Virus record (IMG/VR): IMGVR_UViG_3300028569_000021
Coordinates: 1-64,000 of that record
From: a virus
Reading direction: 5' to 3' (one strand)
DNA length: 64,000 nt
The position numbers were made by a program, and so were the translations under genes. Below the pieces are notes generated by a model that did no database searches, was not told where the DNA came from, and saw only the letters and a program-made list of their open reading frames with translations. Shown one piece after another: positions 58,456-64,000 of this stretch. Each line of letters opens with the position of its first letter. Position 1 is the first letter of the stretch.

Positions 58456-58483
58456 TTGATATATTATTATTTTACCTTATAAT
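58456..58483 (+). promoter_or_regulatory. Sigma70-like promoter
   Basis: TTGATA-N16-TATAAT-N6-ATG (58490). Confidence 0.75.
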
Positions 58484-58489
58484 AGGTGT

Positions 58490-58708
58490 ATGAAAGGAAA
58501 CAACAACCAAAACATGATTGATTACAACAACAAAAACCTCCGCTCAAAAACCTTCTTCGCGAAGATTGAGCGTGATCGTAACGGTGAATTTACCGTTAAG
58601 CGTGTTAATGTTCTTGAGCGTACTAATCAGTACTCCAAGGATATCCGCCGCGTAGATGCTCGCGATTTTACGCGCGCTATCCGTAAGAACGGACTTCAAG
58701 TTGCCTAA
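58490..58708 (+). CDS. Small Arg-rich early protein
   Basis: 72 aa with its own promoter and terminator; distinct codon usage (CGT/CGC, AAC, TTC). Confidence 0.7.
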   Translation: MKGNNNQNMIDYNNKNLRSKTFFAKIERDRNGEFTVKRVNVLERTNQYSKDIRRVDARDFTRAIRKNGLQVA

Positions 58709-58733
58709 AATTTAGGTAGTAAGAGTGATAGGT

Positions 58734-58769
58734 AAAAGAGAGAGGGAGAAATTTCTCTCTCTTTTTTTT
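58734..58769. terminator. Bidirectional Rho-independent terminator
   Basis: AAAAGAGAGAGGGA-GAAA-TTTCTCTCTCTTTTTTTT between convergent genes. Confidence 0.85.
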
Positions 58770-58775
58770 ATAATG

Positions 58776-58973
58776 TTATAAAACTACTCTGAGAGCCCAT
58801 TGATCGTAAATATTAACTGCAGTCAATGCTTCTGCACCAGCATCCCATTCAGGCCTATCAATTGTAATAACGGATGTAGCAGGGTAAGAGGTACTATCAG
58901 CTTGTGTTAAATTTACATAGGATTGGGCTATTCTTGTTTGAAAAGTATCGATTTTATTAAAAACAATGGGCAT
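58776..58973 (-). CDS. Small late protein
   Basis: 65 aa; TAAATA-N5-ATG; ends at the terminator. Confidence 0.55.
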   Translation of the reverse strand: MPIVFNKIDTFQTRIAQSYVNLTQADSTSYPATSVITIDRPEWDAGAEALTAVNIYDQWALRVVL

Positions 58974-58994
58974 AAAGATATTTATTAAAAAGCC

Positions 58995-59051
58995 TTGCCT
59001 TAATTTAGGTATCAGTTATAATTTTTATAAATAAAAAAAGATCTTTGATAA
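58995..59051 (+). promoter_or_regulatory. Tandem early (TTGCCT-N16-TATAAT) and late (TATAAATA) promoters plus boxA-like GATCTTTGATAA ahead of tmRNA
   Basis: -35 at 58995-59000, -10 at 59017-59022, TATAAATA at 59026-59033, boxA-like element at 59040-59051. Confidence 0.65.
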
Positions 59052-59054
59052 TTT

Positions 59055-59495
59055 GGGGGTGTACTGGTTTTCGATTTATAATTGAAACCTAAGAGTGCAT
59101 GCAGAGGTTAATCGATGGCCTCTATAAAAATCGATTAAAAACCTAAATGCAGAGGATAATACTTCTGATCTTTTAGCTGAAGCTGAATACATCATCAATC
59201 ACGCTGACGAGTTTCTCGTTGGTTGTGAAGATGAGTACGAACTCGCAGCCTAAAAGCCTAATAGAGGATCCTCTAAATCTATTTTGAAACGCAGAGGTTT
59301 TGATGAACTGTTAGAGATCATAGAAAAACTAATACAGAGGGAACATACGACCTGATCACGTATGTAGGCAGACTTTAAAAGATGGTCGATGAGCCAAGAC
59401 AGCCTTTAGTCAAAAAATGTCAAATTCATCTAAGCATGTAGTACCTTTTAGAAGATATTGTAAAGACAGGGGTTCGAATCCCCTCACCTCCACCA
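59055..59495 (+). ncRNA. ssrA: tmRNA (one-piece, 441 nt)
   Basis: 5' GGGGGTG pairs with 3' CACCTCC-ACCA and gives a G3-U alanine identity pair. T-arm AGGGGTTCGAATCCCCT; helix 2 TGCATGC/GCATGTA; PK1 GAGG/CCTC + TTAATCGAT/ATCGATTAA. Resume codon GCA at 59149; tag ends YELAA-TAA at 59253. Confidence 0.95.
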
Positions 59496-59499
59496 ATTT

Positions 59500-59589
59500 G
59501 GAACGATGGCTGAGCGGCCGAAGGCAGAGCTTTGCTAAAGCTCCGAGGACTAAAAACCTCCGAAGGTTCAAATCCTTCTCGTTCCGCCA
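59500..59589 (+). tRNA. tRNA-Ser(GCT)
   Basis: Acceptor GGAACGA/TCGTTCC, G73 and encoded CCA; anticodon arm GAGCT-TTGCTAA-AGCTC; long variable arm; T-arm GAAGG-TTCAAAT-CCTTC. Confidence 0.95.
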
Positions 59590-59639
59590 TTTTTTTTATT
59601 TTTTATAGTATTATTTTATAAGAATGATTAAATATATTC

Positions 59640-60836
59640 ATGGCCTTACAGACTATTGAATATTTAAAATCAAAATTCGAAACAGGAGATTTACCTGATC
59701 AAAACGATTTTCAGGATTTAATAGATAGCTGTTATAATTTAACTCAGTCGGACTTATCTCTTTTAATTATAACTATTGTTGAAAATATTACAATAAATTC
59801 AAGAAATGTTTTTTACGACAATACAGCAGGTATTGATAATATTATAGTAGGTCAGAACGTACAAGATGCAATAACTCAGTTATCCTTTATGGTTAAGGAA
59901 TTAAACAACGTTGTTTTTCCTTCTCCTACGCCAACCCCTACCCCTAGTATTACACCAACTTTAACACCTTCTGTAACCCCTTCAGAGACCCCTTCAGAGA
60001 CCCCTTCTGTGACTCCTACAGTAACTCCGACACCGACACCTACAGAAACACCTAGCTTAACTCCCTCTAAAACACCATCTGTAACTCCTTCAGAAACGCC
60101 TAGCTTAACTCCCTCTAAAACACCATCTGTAACTCCCTCCAAAACGCCATCTGTAACTCCTAGCTTAACTCCCACAATTACACCATCAAATCCAACTCCT
60201 TTTTCTTTAGTATGGGATAATTTCTCTACACTACCTACTTTCTCTTATACTGATACCGGTAGTATTGAAGTTATTAATAACTCTACACAAATATTGTTGA
60301 GACCTAAAAGCGCGCTATTGACATTTGAAAGTAGTTATAATACTGCAAATGGAGATGTTAACTTTTCGAGCTGCTCTAATCTAACATTTTTAAGACTTAA
60401 AGATAACGGTATTTCTAGTTTAAATGTTTACAATTGTACATCTTTAGATATCTTAGACTGTTCTACTAATAATCTCTTATCTCTTGATATTATATCATGC
60501 TCCGTTTTAACAGATCTTGATGCAAGTGGAAATCAATTAAATACAGTAACGCTTAGTGGGCTTACTCTTTTAAATACAGTTAATTTAGAAGGAAATAACA
60601 TAAGTTCTTTAAATGTTACTAATGATGTAAACCTAAGTTCAATTAATATAGGCTATTGTAACTTTAATATTTCCGATTTAGATACTTTATTTAATAATTT
60701 ACAGGATCGTACAAGCTCTACATCTGGTAATATTGATATATATTCCAATCCCGGTACTAGTGGTGCTAATTCTTTAATAGCAGAAGGAAAAAACTGGGTA
60801 GTTAACAAGATTGGCCCATTAAATGCTCAAGTCTGA
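59640..60836 (+). CDS. Putative tail fibre/adhesin: N-terminal anchor motif, TP(S/T) repeat stalk, C-terminal leucine-rich repeats
   Basis: '[22 protein letters not shown]'; about 90 aa of TPS(V/K/E/L) repeats; LRRs '[16 protein letters not shown]', '[11 protein letters not shown]'; late promoter. Confidence 0.7.
   Translation: MALQTIEYLKSKFETGDLPDQNDFQDLIDSCYNLTQSDLSLLIITIVENITINSRNVFYDNTAGIDNIIVGQNVQDAITQLSFMVKELNNVVFPSPTPTPTPSITPTLTPSVTPSETPSETPSVTPTVTPTPTPTETPSLTPSKTPSVTPSETPSLTPSKTPSVTPSKTPSVTPSLTPTITPSNPTPFSLVWDNFSTLPTFSYTDTGSIEVINNSTQILLRPKSALLTFESSYNTANGDVNFSSCSNLTFLRLKDNGISSLNVYNCTSLDILDCSTNNLLSLDIISCSVLTDLDASGNQLNTVTLSGLTLLNTVNLEGNNISSLNVTNDVNLSSINIGYCNFNISDLDTLFNNLQDRTSSTSGNIDIYSNPGTSGANSLIAEGKNWVVNKIGPLNAQV
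59920..60200 (+). repeat. 12-nt-period coding tandem repeats (TPSx tetrapeptides)
   Basis: Repeated cctagcttaactccctctaaaacaccatctgtaactcc and gagaccccttc units. Confidence 0.85.
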
Positions 60837-60906
60837 TAAATCCTAAGAATAGATATAGGACAAAGTACTGTACACAATAAACTCGAACATATACATAAAT
60901 AGTTAT

Positions 60907-61509
60907 ATGAAAAGAGTATTTCTGTTCTTAATATTTTTTTGCTTTTGCTTACCTTCCTGTACTATATATACAGAAAAGCAATCAGAAGCATTATCACGTT
61001 CTGTGTATGCAACAAAAGATTCTTTAGATAATGCTAGATTAGATTTAGCAGATACATATACTAGTGAGTCAGTAAGAATAGTAAAGCCGCCAAAACAAAG
61101 AATAGATATTAAACCTGTTTACAAAAAAACTATTAATGTTATTTCAAGTCAAAGTAAAGCAAGTCCAACTTTTATAAACAAACAAAGGGTTTTAATAATT
61201 CCAGAAAAATATAGAGGTGACACTGTTGTTGTAGTTAGCTCAGAAGAATATCAGCAGCTTTTAAAAGATAAAGAAACATATGATCAAATAGAGAAAGATA
61301 ATAAAAATTTATTCGAGACAAAGCAATTAGTAGATCAGGAAATAATACGTCAAATGGAATATAACGATAAAATGATAAAAGATTTGAATATAATGCAGAA
61401 AAAATTGGTAGAAAAAGATTTAGCTATTTTGCAAAGAAATATTGTAATAGTACTACTTCTAGCTGCTATGGGCGGGGCAACATATCTAAGAATAAAGGGA
61501 ATACTTTAA
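60907..61509 (+). CDS. Putative unimolecular spanin
   Basis: Lipoprotein signal with lipobox LPS-C18 plus a C-terminal TM helix 'IVIVLLLAAMGGATYL'; first gene of the lysis cluster. Confidence 0.6.
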   Translation: MKRVFLFLIFFCFCLPSCTIYTEKQSEALSRSVYATKDSLDNARLDLADTYTSESVRIVKPPKQRIDIKPVYKKTINVISSQSKASPTFINKQRVLIIPEKYRGDTVVVVSSEEYQQLLKDKETYDQIEKDNKNLFETKQLVDQEIIRQMEYNDKMIKDLNIMQKKLVEKDLAILQRNIVIVLLLAAMGGATYLRIKGIL

Positions 61510-61510
61510 T

Positions 61511-61936
61511 ATGTGGGAGAAAATAGTTGATATAACAAAAACAGCGAGTGCTATGCTTACTAGTGGTAAAGTACCTCCCAATACTCCACCTGAGTATACA
61601 GAAAATTTAAGTAAAATAAACTTCCTTGCATCTAAGAAATTTTATGTTGTGTTTTGCTCAGTAATTATTCTTGCTTTGTTTTACGTTGCTAGTATTGTAG
61701 TTTTGTTTTTAACTGCTACTTCTCCTAGTTTAACTGTTCCTTTTGTAACCATATTTACAGAAACTATTAAAATCTTAGCAGTAATAATTGCAAGTTATCT
61801 GGGAGTACAAACGGTTTTAGATTATAGAATGCAATCAAACAGTAGTGTTAATTTACATGGTCAAAATACAGTAATTAAGGAAGATATAACTGTAATACAA
61901 ACAAACATAAAAGATGAAGATTATGAACTCTATTAA
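61511..61936 (+). CDS. Putative holin (2 TM)
   Basis: 'SKKFYVV' followed by two TM helices, then 'YLGVQ'; lies between spanin-like and endolysin genes. Confidence 0.6.
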   Translation: MWEKIVDITKTASAMLTSGKVPPNTPPEYTENLSKINFLASKKFYVVFCSVIILALFYVASIVVLFLTATSPSLTVPFVTIFTETIKILAVIIASYLGVQTVLDYRMQSNSSVNLHGQNTVIKEDITVIQTNIKDEDYELY

Positions 61937-62540
61937 ACCATCTGAAAAAACATTAGATTTACTTCTTAAGTATGAAGTAGGGGGTGGTAAGTTTTACTAT
62001 GAAAAGTATCTATCTAAATTTACTTGGCCTGGTGGAGCTTCTGGACCTACTATAGCAATAGGGGTAGATTGTGCTTATTATACTCCTGAAGAATTAGCTA
62101 ATATTTTTTCCTTTTTAAATAGCGAGCAATTAAATTTGATAAAAGAGGCATCTGGCAAAACAGGCGAGAGAGGGAGAGAGTATACCAAAAAATTGAGAGC
62201 TGCTGACATTGTTGTTACCTGGGAAAAAGCTTTAGATATTTTTAATACTTTAACCTGGCCAAAATTTACCAAGCTAGCTGAAAGAGCATTTCCTGGATTG
62301 TCAGAATTAGATCCTGATGCTTATGGGGCTATAATATCCTTAGTCTTTAATAGAGGAACTAGTCTTAAAGGTGAGTCAAGAAAAGAAATGGTAAATATAA
62401 AAGAAATAATACCAAGTAAAAATTACAAACAAATAGCTAAAGAGTTGCGTAACATGAAAAGAATATGGATAGGTAAAGGTTTAGATGGTCTATTAGAGAG
62501 GAGAGAAGCGGAAGCAAATTTAGTAGAAAGCTGCGTCTAA
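61914..62540 (+). CDS. Endolysin, lysozyme-like (pesticin/GH24-related)
   Basis: 'YEVGG...WPGGASGPTIAIGVD', 'SLVFNRG' and 'GLLERREAEA'. Confidence 0.8.
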   Translation: MKIMNSIKPSEKTLDLLLKYEVGGGKFYYEKYLSKFTWPGGASGPTIAIGVDCAYYTPEELANIFSFLNSEQLNLIKEASGKTGERGREYTKKLRAADIVVTWEKALDIFNTLTWPKFTKLAERAFPGLSELDPDAYGAIISLVFNRGTSLKGESRKEMVNIKEIIPSKNYKQIAKELRNMKRIWIGKGLDGLLERREAEANLVESCV

Positions 62541-62554
62541 TAACCTTACTCATA

Positions 62555-63100
62555 TTAATTTTTTACAATTAACCAGGACGTATTTTCAAACTGTTTATAA
62601 TTACCAAAAATTTCTACTACTGCTTGTTTAACCCCTCCTATAATAACATCATGACCAGCAATTATACCACCTTGTTTTACTTTTGGTAACCAAACTAAAA
62701 TATCTTTTTTGACATTCTCGTAGTCATGTGCAGCATCAATATAAACCATGTCTAAGCTTTTATCGTTAAATAATTTTGATACATCTTCACTGCTAGATTT
62801 AATTTTATTAATATTAGAGTATTTTTCTTTAAGTAAGTCGAATCTCTTCTCACCTTCAACTATTTCCGGTGTATTAATTTCCTTATACGATTACCATCTA
62901 TCAACACAATTAAGCTCTTTACAATGCATAGCAAAGAGTTCTGAAGAGATTCCAGAAAAGGAACCAATCTCAACCATAACAGTTTTGTCAGTTACATTTC
63001 CTTTTATAAGATCATAAAGACCTTTAAGGTAATTTTGAGGTACTAATGTACTGTAGTACATTCTCGGAGTTGTGAGCAATTCTTGTATTCTGTTATTCAT
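62555..63100 (-). pseudogene. Class I SAM methyltransferase (Methyltransf_24-like) interrupted by one in-frame TAA
   Basis: Track ORFs 62891-63100 and 62555-62749 are in the same frame. Reading through gives VEIGSFSG...CVDRW*SYKE...SLDMVYIDAAHDYENVKKD...GGIIAGHD. Confidence 0.85.
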
Positions 63101-63770
63101 TTTTAATTATAATTGAGGTAATGCTTTTAAATTTATAATCTAACTGCACATTTTTATTTTCTGATTCATATATATTAATATCTTTTATATTATTTTCAAT
63201 ATATAAACTCTGTTCTTTATCTAAGAAAATACTTTTAAATGGCTTAGTTTTTAAAAGGTTTAAAGTAGTATTGCTGCCATCAGTATTATTCTCCATAGGT
63301 CTACCGTATACATCTGTACCCGGATTGCATAAAGAAGTGTGTAGATCTTCTACTATATAAATGCCACCGGGTTTAAGCATGGGAAATAAAAAGCCTAAAG
63401 TTAATTGTTGATCAGAAATGTGATGGCTACCATCATCAATAATAATATCAAACAAAATTTTATTTTTATTTGCAAATTGATATAATTGTTCTTTTTTGGA
63501 TTGATCCAATACATTACATTTAATTCTTTCGTTGTTAAAACTACTTTTATTATTGATATCTAGCCCTAAAATTTTTGCATTTATAAAATACTCATACCAC
63601 ATTTTAAGAGAAGAACCATCATTTATCCCTATTTCTAGAATATTAATATAATCGTTTTTTAATTTATTAAAGTATTTTTCATAAATTAATGTAAAGCCGT
63701 GCTTTGATCCATACTCTGTTCCCTTATCTGATTTATACTTATTAGCTAGTTCTGTTAAATTATTACTCAT
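63093..63770 (-). CDS. Class I SAM-dependent (sugar O-)methyltransferase
   Basis: 'SDKG...HGF..YEKYF', 'ILEIG', 'GLDI', 'FDIIIDDGSH' and 'LKPGGIYIVED'. Confidence 0.85.
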   Translation of the reverse strand: MSNNLTELANKYKSDKGTEYGSKHGFTLIYEKYFNKLKNDYINILEIGINDGSSLKMWYEYFINAKILGLDINNKSSFNNERIKCNVLDQSKKEQLYQFANKNKILFDIIIDDGSHHISDQQLTLGFLFPMLKPGGIYIVEDLHTSLCNPGTDVYGRPMENNTDGSNTTLNLLKTKPFKSIFLDKEQSLYIENNIKDINIYESENKNVQLDYKFKSITSIIIKNE

Positions 63771-64000
63771 ATTTTTCTTTTATATATTTAAACTCTTTAT
63801 CTCTTAATTCCTGATTAGCAATAAGACGAGTTATTTGTTTAGGGTGATTTCTATTTACTACAGTAGGGGTATTACCCAAGGCAGGTACACCGTAATTATC
63901 ATACATTCTTCTATAAAAATCACAATCCATTAACCATATTAAGTTTTCATCAAACTGTAAAAAACTATCTTTAAATAGCATTATTACACTTGGTGAACTA
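63763..64000 (-). CDS. C-terminal part of a GT2 glycosyltransferase (truncated by window edge)
   Basis: 'SSPSVIML...FDENLIWLMDCDFYRR...RNHPKQIT'; frame is open to the window end. Confidence 0.65.
   Translation of the reverse strand, partial: SSPSVIMLFKDSFLQFDENLIWLMDCDFYRRMYDNYGVPALGNTPTVVNRNHPKQITRLIANQELRDKEFKYIKEKYE

Noticed and set aside
59417-59608. 63-aa ORF in the track
   Set aside because: It overlaps the tmRNA 3' end and tRNA-Ser, which explain the sequence.
62891-62893. Stop-codon reassignment or suppression
   Set aside because: Core genes are full length in code 11 and end in TAA, TGA or TAG. The only tRNA seen is Ser(GCT), not a suppressor.

Overview
This AT-rich 64 kb window is part of a large T4-like (contractile-tailed) bacteriophage genome, read in the standard genetic code. 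It holds tail and baseplate genes (gp6, gp25, gp53-, gp48-, gp54-like, tube gp19, sheath gp18), terminase and the neck protein gp14. It also holds a near-complete T4-type replisome and recombination set (gp43, gp41, gp61, gp32, gp44, gp45, gp46/47, UvsX/W/Y) and the late sigma factor gp55. Accessory content includes 7-deazaguanine genes (folE, an atypical queC, a stand-alone class II glutamine amidotransferase) with a heme oxygenase + PcyA-type bilin reductase pair between queC and the amidotransferase. Further accessory genes are glycosyl- and methyltransferases, an NDP-rhamnose-type reductase, a DHH phosphoesterase, an S8 protease and a lysis cassette (putative unimolecular spanin, holin, endolysin). 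Features read from the DNA and absent from the ORF track: (1) a 441-nt tmRNA with an unusually long 34-codon acidic tag, co-transcribed with tRNA-Ser(GCT); (2) a near-leaderless expression design, with TTGA(T/A)W-N16-TAnnnT or TAAATA motifs 5-7 nt before start codons and no obvious Shine-Dalgarno, including interlocked divergent early/late promoters; (3) a scattered family of late genes with T4 capsid-targeting-like N-termini, one apparently nested in-frame in another gene; (4) a methyltransferase broken by one in-frame TAA. All calls come from motif recognition by eye; no searches were run.
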